From Candidatus Culexmicrobium cathedralense (GTDB lineage Archaea; Thermoproteota; Methanomethylicia; Culexarchaeales; Culexmicrobiaceae): a DNA stretch of 64,000 bases. Below are positions 19,767-30,382 of this stretch, one piece after another. The notes beneath the pieces are model-generated. The model was given only the letters and a program-made list of their open reading frames with translations, did not search any database and was not told where the DNA came from. The position numbers and the translations under genes are program-made. The stretch covers positions 1 to 64,000 of the forward strand of contig JANZKC010000001.1 of assembly GCA_025061115.1 (NCBI GenBank), given 5' to 3'. How positions within the stretch are numbered: position 1 is the stretch's first letter; the number at the start of each line of letters is the position of its first letter.

Positions 19767-20267
19767 ATGTACTGCGCTGTTATCTCTTTGTTACCATATT
19801 CTTTATGCAGATATCATCTTTATGTAGTGGGTGGGAGCATAAGAAAGAGAAAGACCAGAAGAATAAAGTACTACCCTGTAAAGGTTGTTCAATATCTTTT
19901 GAACAACAAGCTTCTAAAAGCAATATCCCATATACTCATTAGGGAGTCAACTCCTCTTAGCTGTTTAGAGATCGAAGAGCGTCTAGAGAAGGTCTTTAGA
20001 AGAAGCTTCACAACAGACCGTATATCAGCGCAACTAAGAAAGCCAGAGCGTTGAGGAATAGCAAAACCATATAGGAAGCCCTACAATGGTCACCTACTAT
20101 GGAGTATCGACAATACCAAAAACTGTAGAACTCCTGGTAGATACCTTGAGAAAGAAGGAAGCAACTGCAGCAACTAGAACACAAAAATATAATTAAGAAG
20201 GTTGAAGACAGATATGTTGCACTCACAGAGCCTGAGGAATTCATGACCTATTTCGATGTCAATTAAA
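19767..20267 (+). pseudogene. Disrupted winged-helix protein
   Basis: wHTH-like LSCLEIEERL...DRISAQLRK, then an in-frame TGA and frameshifted continuation (LEHKNIIKKVEDRYVAL). Confidence 0.4.
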
Positions 20268-20550
20268 ACGTAGTTTAGGACCAAGGACAAGAAAGGAGCT
20301 AAAGGTTCCATCAGGAATATCATACTATGCTAGAGAGGTTCTATAAGAAGCTAAGAAACTCGTAGCTAAAACCTGTTGTGCTTAAATAACTGATAGCTTC
20401 AGTTCATCTCGCATGAACATGCAAGTATAATTGCAGCCATGCTTGCTGATTGATGTTATTCTGTTTTCTGAGGGCATTCAATTGCTTGTTAGTGGTTGTC
20501 GTGGCGGGGGAAGTATTTTTAGGGCTAGGCAATCAGCTTCAAATTTAAGT

Positions 20551-23500
20551 TTAAAGTTTTGTTAAGATGTAGTGGTGTTTAGATGGGAAACCAGTCTTTG
20601 TTTCCATAAGTTTGCCACTTTTTATGTCATCGATTATCTTCTTTATTATATATTCAATATTTATGTTACCTTCTTTTGGCTCTGAGGTTGTTATTACGTG
20701 TCCTAGTAATCCTAGTTTCTCGTAAATTCTTCTCTTAGTTTCCCATCGCCCTCTATAGATTTCTTTGTCGAGAAGACCTAGATGTTCTATGTAGAATACT
20801 TTTCCGTTCATTACTACTTTAAAATCAGGTATTATACCGTGTTCCTCGAGATCTCTCGGTTCATACTCGAATTCTATGCCTAGACCATCAAGCGTTTTTG
20901 CAATCATATATTCTATCTTACTCCTAGTGTAAATGGTTCTGCCATCTTTAAGTTTTAAGCTATAAATTCTACCTGAAAACCTTCTATAATTGAATAGAAG
21001 TGTTTGTCTTCTATCAAGCTCAGATAACATCTTTATTTGTTGTAATATAGGCACCACGTTATCCTTTAAATTCGCGTTTAGTAGTAGGTACAACTTTTTC
21101 TTAGCCCTAGTTAAAGCCGTATATACAAGTTCCTTAGTGATAAAGCTACTTATCCTAGGCAATATAAATATCACATAATCAAAATCACTACCTTGAGCTT
21201 TATGAACAGTTACTGCATAACCCGGTGAAATATAGCTATCGCCTTCTTTGTACCGGCCTTTTATCTCGTATACAATATCTTTCAACAGTTCATATATTCT
21301 ATCAATGTCATTCTGAAGATGTTTTATTAATCCATAATATTTTCGTTTTTCAAATTTATTTCTTGTTTTACTTAAATATTTTATTGCTAAACCCTTATAA
21401 TCCCATAGTCTTTTCAGAAATTCACTAGTTTCCATAAATTTGGCTTTCTCTCTGAACCAGTACCCTAGCGCACCATTTGGAATAAGCAATATTCTTCCAT
21501 AGCTTTTTAAATTAACATATCTATTTCGTTCATTGATAATTTTCACATAATTATAATCTTGAATATTTTTACTATCCAGTATTAAAATTTTATTAATATA
21601 TTCTGAACCTAGCTCTCCGTACCTTGTTGGTGTCAGTATTTGTATTTTGTCGAGCTGAGGTCCATCTGCTGAGCCAAATCCTAGTATGTTATTAAATAGT
21701 TCTAATAATCCATACTCATCTATACTAACAGTATTTGATTTATCTAGTATTTCTTTAAGTATATTTTTGACCATGCCTTTTAGATCCTCTTTATCTATAA
21801 AGCATTCAATTTTAAGCGTATCGTCAACATAATTCTTCGGGTCATCAATGGGATTATCGGTCGAAGTAAAAGCTTGTGAAAAAGCCCAAATCCCTGTTTT
21901 CACCGGAAAACGTATAGGTGTCTCCAAGGTTATAACAAGTTCGCCATGCTTTTCGTTTAAGAAATCTATTATGTCTACAAAAGGTTTTCCAAAACCAATT
22001 GGTGGGAGTTGATTACTATCACCTACAATTATTAAATGTTCTAGGTTGTGGATATTTACGATGCTAAGTAGTAATGCTAATAGAACTTCATCAACCATAG
22101 ATGCTTCATCAATAATAAGAACCCGTGGATTAATCTTCAATCCACTATTTTTGGCAATATAATTTTTGAAAACACTAAAGAATCTAATGTCGTTAAAAGT
22201 CTTGTCAATTAAGTCTACAAGCTGTATATATTCTCCTCTTAAACCCAAGAATTTTTCAAAGTGATATGAGTATAATAATCTATGTATTGTTGATACCATA
22301 TCTACGTTTCTTAGTAATCCTCGACTCTTTAAGCGTTCTTCAATAACTAGTGAAGATTTACCAGTTGGTGTTACTATTAATATCGGCTTTCTACCTATAC
22401 GAGAATATAAATCCACAAGGTTAACGATAGTTTCCGTTTTACCGGTTCCTGCACCACCCGTGATCACTAAGAGACCATGCTTTACTGCCTTGTAATAAAT
22501 ATCTTTTTGGGTGCTAAGGAAATCTTCTTTCTGATTTTTAGAGATGTTTAAACAACTCATTTTTTCGCATAGTGATTTAAAGACACTTTCTATATGATAG
22601 TTGATATTTGAACTTGATACTAAGAAGGATTTCTTCAACATTTTCTTTATGAAGTCCTCTATTGTCCGCTCTATCTCCCTTATATGTTTTAACTGAAATA
22701 TTCGTCCTTCAATTGGGTCTACTACACAATGAATTATATTTGATAACGCCTCTCTTCGATTAACCATGATGTCCTCTATATCTGCTTTTGAGATTTCAGG
22801 CATAGTACCATGGTAAAGTTTTAAAACTTGATTTTCATTTATTGCTTCAATCAGATCTTCTTCTCTAACAGCAGTAACACCATCAAATACAGCTTTATTA
22901 TATAGAGTTTCGTAAATCACGGCAATCAAGCGATCTAGTGCTTTTGGTAATGATAACCAAAGAAGCTCAGAGTAGTCTGGATCCGGTATAAGTGGTATAT
23001 CTAAAAGGTACAAATCTATGTTAAAGTCCATAAACTCGACGAACCATTCTCTTTCTTGTAATTCATATTGAGGAATATAACTGTATATCAAGCTGTAAGG
23101 ATTATCTACAATGTCTCTTACATTCATTTGTTTATTTTCAACAGCTCTAATGATATTCAGTATTTGTATATAAGTGAGATCAAGTCTACTGAGTAGTTCA
23201 AGTAACTTAAAGTAAATTTTTCCGCGACTTTTTGCTAAGTGAAGGATCTCTCTTAATAACGATATGCAGTAACTATCCATGGTACTATCAGGATGTATAT
23301 TGTTAAGAAGATTTTCTAAACCATTAAGATCTCTAGTCTTAATTATCTCTATGAGTCTTTCGCCATATTGTCCTAAAAATTTTCTAATTTTTTCTTCAAT
23401 TTCCTTATATTTTTTATAGCCTAAATTATGCAACGATTTTTCTTTACCTGGTGAAATGCTAAAAATGCCGCGATTTACTCCTAGGGCTATGAGCAATTTT

Positions 23501-24495
23501 CCTAATGAGGAATGCTCACCTCTCAGCCTCCATAGATGTTTAATAAGTTCTTTAGCTCTCTTAACATAAGTTTCGATGAGGCTTTGCTCTACGATTCCAT
23601 GTTCATTAATTCTATTCAATGAATTTAGGATTTTATATAATATGTATAATGCTTTATCCGTTGAGATATGCATTGAAACATATTTAAAGTGGGGTATGAG
23701 AGTTTGCTTGTCTACTTCAACAATTATTTCATCAATCATCCTTTCTATTTTACGCTTTACATTTTCGTCCTTGACTTCCTCAAGCTTTTTAATGTATTCT
23801 TGATATGGTATAATTATAATAGTGTCTGGATCAAGAACTATCTGAAAGGACCATTCAATTGGAGGAAAGTATCCTCCGAAATCGTTTTCCAGTTTTTTAT
23901 AATATGTTGGGTCAAACTCATATTGTTTCGGTTTTTTAACGTCTTTTACTAATGCTGCCCCAACAACTAGATACCTATGTCTGTCACCATTGACAGGGTT
24001 GCTATAATTGAGGTAGAAAAAGACCACCGATTTGCCAGGAACTATATACGATAAGTAATGATTAAGTCTATCTTCAAGGTCACGTGGGTATTTAAGTAGC
24101 CCATCTCGTGAGAAAGAAAACTTGAAACACCATGAAAGAATGGCATAAGGTTCTATGGTATCTTCTATGGGTTTAATACCTCCTTGTTTAGCTTCTTCGG
24201 TAAAATCGCAAAATGGGTGTATATGCTTTACCCTTAGCTTCTTATCTGCTAATAAATTTATCACCCAATAGCATGGTGGAACATAGTTCTCCCTCTCTAT
24301 TATTTCACTAGCATCTTTGCCTGAATACTGTTCCTCTAAATTGCCAATTTTTCTTCTCTGAATTCTAGTGGAAAGTAATGAATAGTTCCCTGAACAAAAA
24401 ATGTTTTCAGAAGGCCTTCTACAAACCTTACCAGTCCAGCAACTATCATGCCAAGCTAGACGAACCGTGAGATGAAGAACCAATAATTCACCCAC
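20551..24495 (-). CDS. RecD-like SF1B helicase with long N-terminal domain and C-terminal PD-(D/E)XK/Vsr-like nuclease
   Basis: GGAGTGKT, TIHRLL, IIDEASMV, GDSNQLPPIG, YAVTVHKAQGS, YTALTRA; C-terminal RSKIE...PDF...IEHLG. Confidence 0.85.
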   Translation of the reverse strand: MGELLVLHLTVRLAWHDSCWTGKVCRRPSENIFCSGNYSLLSTRIQRRKIGNLEEQYSGKDASEIIERENYVPPCYWVINLLADKKLRVKHIHPFCDFTEEAKQGGIKPIEDTIEPYAILSWCFKFSFSRDGLLKYPRDLEDRLNHYLSYIVPGKSVVFFYLNYSNPVNGDRHRYLVVGAALVKDVKKPKQYEFDPTYYKKLENDFGGYFPPIEWSFQIVLDPDTIIIIPYQEYIKKLEEVKDENVKRKIERMIDEIIVEVDKQTLIPHFKYVSMHISTDKALYILYKILNSLNRINEHGIVEQSLIETYVKRAKELIKHLWRLRGEHSSLGKLLIALGVNRGIFSISPGKEKSLHNLGYKKYKEIEEKIRKFLGQYGERLIEIIKTRDLNGLENLLNNIHPDSTMDSYCISLLREILHLAKSRGKIYFKLLELLSRLDLTYIQILNIIRAVENKQMNVRDIVDNPYSLIYSYIPQYELQEREWFVEFMDFNIDLYLLDIPLIPDPDYSELLWLSLPKALDRLIAVIYETLYNKAVFDGVTAVREEDLIEAINENQVLKLYHGTMPEISKADIEDIMVNRREALSNIIHCVVDPIEGRIFQLKHIREIERTIEDFIKKMLKKSFLVSSSNINYHIESVFKSLCEKMSCLNISKNQKEDFLSTQKDIYYKAVKHGLLVITGGAGTGKTETIVNLVDLYSRIGRKPILIVTPTGKSSLVIEERLKSRGLLRNVDMVSTIHRLLYSYHFEKFLGLRGEYIQLVDLIDKTFNDIRFFSVFKNYIAKNSGLKINPRVLIIDEASMVDEVLLALLLSIVNIHNLEHLIIVGDSNQLPPIGFGKPFVDIIDFLNEKHGELVITLETPIRFPVKTGIWAFSQAFTSTDNPIDDPKNYVDDTLKIECFIDKEDLKGMVKNILKEILDKSNTVSIDEYGLLELFNNILGFGSADGPQLDKIQILTPTRYGELGSEYINKILILDSKNIQDYNYVKIINERNRYVNLKSYGRILLIPNGALGYWFREKAKFMETSEFLKRLWDYKGLAIKYLSKTRNKFEKRKYYGLIKHLQNDIDRIYELLKDIVYEIKGRYKEGDSYISPGYAVTVHKAQGSDFDYVIFILPRISSFITKELVYTALTRAKKKLYLLLNANLKDNVVPILQQIKMLSELDRRQTLLFNYRRFSGRIYSLKLKDGRTIYTRSKIEYMIAKTLDGLGIEFEYEPRDLEEHGIIPDFKVVMNGKVFYIEHLGLLDKEIYRGRWETKRRIYEKLGLLGHVITTSEPKEGNINIEYIIKKIIDDIKSGKLMETKTGFPSKHHYILTKL

Positions 24496-25008
24496 CTATT
24501 AGCAATTTTACTGTTCACTAGAAACTTTTTTAATATGTATATTTTTCTTACTTTCATCCTATTTAATGCAAGTCTCTAGTTTACTATCAAAGCCTAAAAT
24601 AAACTTGATTAGCTCATTTCCAATTCATTTTAAATTTTGATTTCTTTTTTTAATACAATAGCAATTTATATTAATGCACATCGTCAATTTTGAGCTATTA
24701 GTTTAGGATGATTTACTAAAAGTATTAAAACTATTGTGAATACTTAGAAACCCACGTGAAATTGCCCACATTGAGATTCTTCTCGATGTGCATCAAGATG
24801 TCATTAGTGCTTTTAAGCATGAAACTGATGCTAGATTAGTATTACTAGCTGTGTTTTTCACGAAAATTTGGTTTAATTTGGTATTATGGAATTGCAGCTG
24901 CTAAGGCATTAATAACTGAGTTTAACTCTGTATTTCATTCTTTAGCACCTTAAATGTAGAAAAGTCTAATCAAGAGTTTAGTTATATTTTTATAATTCTA
25001 GTATTTTG

Positions 25009-25084
25009 AATTGTGCCCCGCCGCTGACACTCGACTTCATGGTTGGCTTTTTGCCTCTTTGTCGAGCTCTTACCAGCGGGGCTG
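25009..25084 (-). ncRNA. Box H/ACA guide RNA, copy 1
   Basis: Minus strand: GCCCCGCUG/CGGCGGGGC lower stem then ACA; GCUCGAC/GUCGAGU upper stem; pocket GUAAGA/GUCAG with top 14 nt from ACA; apical GA...UGA. Confidence 0.75.
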
Positions 25085-25099
25085 GGTTGAAGGTGATGA

Positions 25100-25120
25100 A
25101 TGTTAGTATTAAATTTAACT
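25100..25120 (-). promoter_or_regulatory. TATA box for H/ACA RNA copy 1 (also conserved in copy 2 at about 36765-36785)
   Basis: Minus-strand TTAAATTTAATA ends about 24 nt upstream of the hairpin 5' end in both copies. Confidence 0.55.
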
Positions 25121-25373
25121 TATTGGTTAGGTGTATTGACTTTTATCTTTATTTTTGTCTATGAATTTTGTACCAGTAGTTGTATTGATCTTGGGTTGTG
25201 AGATGGATTTGTATTGGTCATCTATGTTTTATGATTTCAATTTTGATTTGTTTAGTATGCTTTCCTTTATCATTTTTACTTGATAGAAGTAGTATAGTAG
25301 TTTTTCTTTGAACTTTTAAGGGATTTATCTTCACATGACCATGTGGTGTTGTGTGAAGATATTATGTTTAAGT

Positions 25374-25425
25374 TGATCCCTACTCTTATTGAGGAGGTGG
25401 GGGTTGTCCTCTCAAGCGAGGATCA
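25374..25425 (-). ncRNA. K-turn-like hairpin, copy 1 (degenerate)
   Basis: UGAUCC...CUU-GA-GAGGA-loop-UCCUC-AAU-AA-GAG...GGAUCA. Confidence 0.4.
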
Positions 25426-25586
25426 TCTGTTGAGTTTATTTTGTTAATGGATCTATTATTTTTGTTGTCCAGTAATAGCAAGAATCTTGATACTCTATTC
25501 ACCATTTCCATTGGATTTAAGTTTAATTACCTTAGGATAGTTAAATTAAAATTATTGGTTTTCTAGATTTTGTTGGGGTTTTAAGT

Positions 25587-25772
25587 TTGGATGATAATGA
25601 TAATATTTTCATGAGGATTCTTTTGTTGGCTTTAGCTAGAGAGTTGAAAGAGTTGGGGTTGGTTGATGTTTTTCCTGAAGAGTTCGAGTGGATTTTTGAA
25701 GAGTTGAAGAAGTATGGTGTTGATTTGGATAAAAATTTTAAACATCAGTATGCTAAAAGAAGAGAACGATAA
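25587..25772 (+). CDS. Small hypothetical protein
   Basis: 61-codon ORF with amphipathic protein-like sequence; no motif recognised. Confidence 0.4.
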   Translation: MDDNDNIFMRILLLALARELKELGLVDVFPEEFEWIFEELKKYGVDLDKNFKHQYAKRRER

Positions 25773-25779
25773 CAATACT

Positions 25780-26644
25780 TTAAATTATTTGTAGAATTTT
25801 TTCTGGTATTATTGCATTTGTTCCGCAGTAGGGGCATTTGATTATTTTTCTTGTTTCAAGGTTTGTGGGTTTAGGTTTGCTCCGCAGTTTGGGCATTTTA
25901 ATGTTATTACGCCATTTTTAAAGGTGAATTCTGAGATTATGTTGTATTGTATTCTTACTCCAGCTTTCGCTTGGAAGATTTGTTTCATGTATTCTCGTAT
26001 CATGTTTGCTGTTTCTTGTAGTTCTTTTTTGTATTTTTCTTCTAAACTTTTTAGTTCTTCAATGTATTTTTGTGTATTTAAATTTGTTCTGGATAGGAAT
26101 CTGAAAGCGCTTCTTCTTGATGTTCTCATCATGTTTTTGATGCTTAATATTTTTACGTATGTTTTGGCTAATTGCGATATCCTAGCAATTATCTCGGGTG
26201 GTAGATCTTCTCTGTTTATTTCGTATTTTACTAGTCTTGATAGGTCTTCAATTATATTTTGGATTACGATAATGTCTCCAAATCTTCAGGTAATGTTAAA
26301 CGTCCATTGTGACATATTTGCTCAATACATTTAGTTACTTTTTCTGGTGGTGTAACATCAAAAAATATTCCTAAGTCATCAATTTTAGCTACACCCAACT
26401 TCATGAGATTTTCATAATCTTTCTTCACTTCCTCTCTTGCATAATTCACACTCTTCCTGCTTAGAAATGCAACAAAGAAAATGTTCTTCCACAAATTATC
26501 TTCCTTAAGAGCTAAGCAGCGGATAGTCATAGACTTGTAAAAATTATTAACTAATTTCCAGAAATTACTTAAGTTTAGTTCCTTATTCATGGAGTAGATA
26601 CTAGTGTGAATCTTGAACATAAGAATCCCCCATATCGTCTTCAC
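25780..26644 (-). pseudogene. Frameshifted protein with C-terminal Zn ribbon
   Basis: Segments 26264-26644 and 25842-26270 lie in different frames; CPNCG and the out-of-frame CPYCG...LQII* are split by a further frameshift. Confidence 0.55.
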
Positions 26645-26805
26645 GTCAATTGAAACTCAGTTTTATAAATTTACCGATTTATTTCTCAATTTAACTCACT
26701 ATTAAGTTCAAGAGGATACTTCTCAAGAACTTACTTGTCTTAGAAATTAAAATAATGTAAATTAATGAAATAAATTGGGCTGTAAACCGTTACTCACTTA
26801 AGCAA

Positions 26806-27590
26806 GTGCAACTGCCTAATATGTACCGGTCACTGCCAGCTCAAACAATATTGTTGGAATACTCAATTCAACAGCCCTACCATAATTATGCGTATCCATT
26901 TGGAATAGAAGAGTATAGAATTGGTGATAAGGCTATTATTTATTCTAGAGTTATTAATGGTGAAATGCGCTATATAGGTAAGTTATCTGTGATAAAAAGA
27001 AGTCCTGCATACATTTATGAAGAAGATGGGCTTGGCTTTGAAAATATTTTCCATCTTCCAATAACATACTACATAAACGAGCAAGGGACAGAAGATATTC
27101 CTAGAACTGATGAATTTCAAGCTATCATTAACGCGTTTCAAACATGGGAGAACGATACATATTCTTATGTAGACTTCACGTATGGTGGAACAACGAGTAA
27201 TTCACCAGATGTTTATGACGGAGTAAATGTAGTAGGTTGGATTCCTAATCACGATGGGCCTGGAGGCGTGCTAGCATATTGTGCAATATGGTATGATGGT
27301 ACACAAATAGTGGAAGCTGATATAGTATTTGATGATGCAGAAACTTGGTGCATTGGAAGTGACATAGATGTGCAAACAGTAGCAACCCATGAAGTTGGAC
27401 ACCTTATAGGATTGGATGATCTACACTTAATTGACAATCAATATCAAGTGATGTATTATATTTATACTGGAATAAAGTGGGATCTGAATTTAGGTGATGT
27501 TAGAGGCGTGAGGTATCTTTATCCAATAGTTTCGAGAAACGGTTGTAAACATAGTTTATCCATATGATGGTGAAACTGTTTCTGGAATTT
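26806..27590 (+). pseudogene. Matrixin-like (metzincin) metalloprotease, frameshifted and 3'-truncated
   Basis: HEVGHLIGLDD plus VMY Met-turn; after PIVSR the paralogous VVNIVYPYDGETVSGI continues in another frame and breaks off. Confidence 0.7.
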
Positions 27591-27846
27591 CAATTATCCT
27601 TGGATTTAACGTGTTTAGTTCAGCTTCTAGGAATGATTTAAACTCATTTTCAGGGTTAGGTTTACCGTAAGCGTATATAAGTGCATTAACTGTTAACCAG
27701 TAATCTACTGCCTTAATCTTCTCAATGCTTTGAGTTCGTATTGGTATGATGTGCATTAATGGTTGAGCTAAAATAGCTGCAATTAGCATTAGGCTCATGA
27801 AGTATGCACATAAGGTGTAGTTCATGACTCCTTCACCTTCAAGCAA
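27556..27846 (-). CDS. Membrane-anchored hypothetical protein of a pilin-like cluster (3' end probably truncated)
   Basis: N-terminal hydrophobic helix; last codons are the antisense of the matrixin tail. Confidence 0.45.
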   Translation of the reverse strand: MLEGEGVMNYTLCAYFMSLMLIAAILAQPLMHIIPIRTQSIEKIKAVDYWLTVNALIYAYGKPNPENEFKSFLEAELNTLNPRIIEIPETVSPSYG

Positions 27847-28199
27847 ACTATTAATGGTTTAATGGTTCCATTAACTCCGGCCAACATTACTATTGTAGCT
27901 ACACCTTCAACTTCAAATCCGACACTCAAGAGCTTAGTACCATTAGAACTGTAGATTGTGAAGTTGTATGGGGTCATTCCTAAATGTGCATTCAATAATG
28001 CTCTAAGCTTAGATGAATCCAAACTGTAAACTGCATGAACAAGTTCATCCTTACTCAATAAGACGCCTAGAATATCGTCGGGAGCCTCATACCTTATCAT
28101 TGTGTGTATTTGATTGATCATTAGTAGGCTGATTAAAGCAGTCAATATTAGTGCTGTTGCTGCAATAGCGTCTAAAGTGTAAATTTGACCTTTCATCAC
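27822..28199 (-). CDS. Class III signal peptide (pilin-like) protein
   Basis: MMKG|QIYTLDAIAA followed by a hydrophobic helix. Confidence 0.65.
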   Translation of the reverse strand: MMKGQIYTLDAIAATALILTALISLLMINQIHTMIRYEAPDDILGVLLSKDELVHAVYSLDSSKLRALLNAHLGMTPYNFTIYSSNGTKLLSVGFEVEGVATIVMLAGVNGTIKPLIVCLKVKES

Positions 28200-28765
28200 C
28201 TACCACCCAAGAGAATAGTTTCGTTGACAACCATCAACCTCTTAAAGTTGAAAGTGAATTTACCCAATTCAACTGGATTTACCTCAACTACTAGGCCGCC
28301 ATCAACATGAACATAAGGATGCTCAACAGGTTTACTATATACTCCGTGTGATGTAATGTAGCCTTTAATGTTTCCTGGAGGTTCACCATAAAACTTTACT
28401 GATGAACCTGAGAATGCAACAATGAATTGGTAGTAATCAACTTTTAGTGGAGTATAGCCCGTAACAATATTGCAGGATCCATCACCATTAAAGCACATGA
28501 CAGTAACTCTAACAGTTAATTTCTCAACACAATCAACTGCAAGGTACTTACCTTCACGATAAATCGTCAAGTGTACTGGGTAAGCGTAGGTTTTAGGCTC
28601 TATTGGTGCTAGTGGTTGTGGGTGTCCTAAACTCGAAGATAAAATCCACATCGACAAGACCAGTGCTGACGAAAATACTAGAAAACCAGTTAGAAAGTCG
28701 AGCGTCAGCTCCATGAGGTTAATGCTATAGTACTTAAATATCTGCAATATAGTAGCAAATTTCAA
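28196..28765 (-). CDS. Pilin-cluster membrane-anchored protein
   Basis: MELTLDFLTGFLVF hydrophobic N-terminus resembling its neighbour; 4-nt overlap with the next gene. Confidence 0.5.
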   Translation of the reverse strand: MKFATILQIFKYYSINLMELTLDFLTGFLVFSSALVLSMWILSSSLGHPQPLAPIEPKTYAYPVHLTIYREGKYLAVDCVEKLTVRVTVMCFNGDGSCNIVTGYTPLKVDYYQFIVAFSGSSVKFYGEPPGNIKGYITSHGVYSKPVEHPYVHVDGGLVVEVNPVELGKFTFNFKRLMVVNETILLGGR

Positions 28766-28873
28766 TCATCAATTATCAGATTCTCAATTTATTAAGTAGA
28801 TTATCATAGGTTTTACAGTATGCTTGGTTCATTAGAAGCTAATCAATTCAATATAAGTACCTTGGAATTGGCA

Positions 28874-29521
28874 TTATTGATTTAATTTATGTTCTTGTGC
28901 TAATCTCTTTAATGCTGTTTCTACTGTAACTCCAATCTTTAACTCTCTACTAATATGATACCTTAAAACTCCTTCAGGGTTATGAGGATACTTAACTCTA
29001 TAAATTTTAAGTAAATCCCTATACATTCTACTCAATTCATCACTCATCTCTATCTGCTTAAATACATCAACCTTTTCCCTTCGCTCTACAATTTTAGGTG
29101 GACTATATAGATTCCACAATCCGAGTATAACTCCAACAGAGCTCAAATTAAATGGAGGTAGAAATAAGAGCATTAAATTAAGTCCCAATAATAGTTCAAT
29201 TAAATTTAATTTCAAATATAATGATGCATATAACATTGGATATGCAATATACAGTATTGATAATATTGTAATTAATTTCTTAATTTTCAACTTAAATTGA
29301 TTAATACTTCTAAGGTTAATGTAAATTCCAATCATACAAATTAAAACCAGCATATAAGCAATAATGTAATAAAAGTACCATAAAACTCCTAATTGAGCAC
29401 CCCTCACAACATCCACTATACTCCTAAATGGTACATGACTTGGAAGAACGATAACACCCCATGAAAAAGCAAAAATAGCACTACCTTCACTAAAGAAAAT
29501 CAATTGAGGAAGCATCATCAA
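28874..29521 (-). CDS. Hypothetical multi-pass membrane protein
   Basis: 3-4 TM segments plus a charged C-terminal domain. Confidence 0.6.
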   Translation of the reverse strand: MMMLPQLIFFSEGSAIFAFSWGVIVLPSHVPFRSIVDVVRGAQLGVLWYFYYIIAYMLVLICMIGIYINLRSINQFKLKIKKLITILSILYIAYPMLYASLYLKLNLIELLLGLNLMLLFLPPFNLSSVGVILGLWNLYSPPKIVERREKVDVFKQIEMSDELSRMYRDLLKIYRVKYPHNPEGVLRYHISRELKIGVTVETALKRLAQEHKLNQ

Positions 29522-29585
29522 ACTTAGAATAAAAATGATATATGACCTACTTAAATAGTCACTTGAAAAAAGATGAGAAAAGACT

Positions 29586-30116
29586 TTAATAATTCGTCAC
29601 CCCCGGTTCATCCCACGCATACTTATGCCATGCTGCAATAATATCTCCATAATCTTTGGGCCACCAATATTTTGAGAAATCATTCCAATATACATGTGCT
29701 CCCTCCCAATTAGTTATTCTACAATACACTTTACCATTAAATGTATCCTCATATTCACATGGCTCACTATCCCAAACATAAATCTCCTGATGTCTAGGAT
29801 CATTGTATTCAATTATTTCTCCATCTCCAGACCAAGTTAATTCCCAAGGAATGATTCTGTTGATATTTGCTGCATGTGACTCGCATGCAATGAAAACTCT
29901 AACATGAGTACCATCTTTCTCCTTAGCATCCTCCCATGAATGACTGTATAGACCTCCATGAGCACCAGTTTTAAGTAAAACGACTTTAGATGTATTATAC
30001 TGATCCACAAATACTACTAGATGCAATTCCCAATCATGAGGGTGTGCCGTAATGTGAGAGCTATATACGTAGTAATATTCGATGCCATAGGCGTGGAGAA
30101 GTATATTCTTGAATTC
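29586..30116 (-). pseudogene. 5'-disrupted NPP1/Vps62-like protein
   Basis: Open frame upstream of the TTG reads IEYYYVY...HPHDWELHLVVF, then GAHGG, GTHVRVFIACESHA; no in-frame start before HDWE. Confidence 0.5.
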
Positions 30117-30382
30117 TTAAACAGGTTATCGAGGGAGAAATATATTCTACACAATAAGTATGGGTCCTGGAATTTAGCATTCTTCGCTAAAGTCACGCTA
30201 GCTAGGAGAAGAAAGCATAGCAGCCTCAAATAATACGGTCATCGATTCAACCGTTGAGGAACCATTGAAAACCTCTATCTGTACTAATTTTATTGGAAAA
30301 TATTGAATCGCAGCCTTTTAGTGAAAACAGTAAACCCTTATCCACTAAGACTTAACAAATAAAGCACTTTAGATTCAAGCTC

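Larger units (their letters stand above)
25009..25473. repeat. Imperfect direct repeat, copy 1 (H/ACA RNA + promoter + K-turn hairpin + vapC 3' tip)
   Basis: Block-wise similarity to 36673-37023; first ~115 nt are nearly identical. Confidence 0.9.

Noticed and set aside
19680-19770. GC-rich patch containing TCAATCCCGCCGCTCCA, resembling a tRNA 3' end/att site and sharing CCCGCCGCT with the H/ACA stem
   Set aside because: No T-arm stem, no GTTC and no cloverleaf; the shared 9-mer can be chance; it reads equally well as a foreign coding remnant (minus strand FIENYGAAWGFGGMERRD*)
30017-30229. 70-aa ORF with a signal-peptide-like start
   Set aside because: Its 3' half overlaps the frame carrying the HDWE motif; more likely part of the same disrupted gene than an independent CDS
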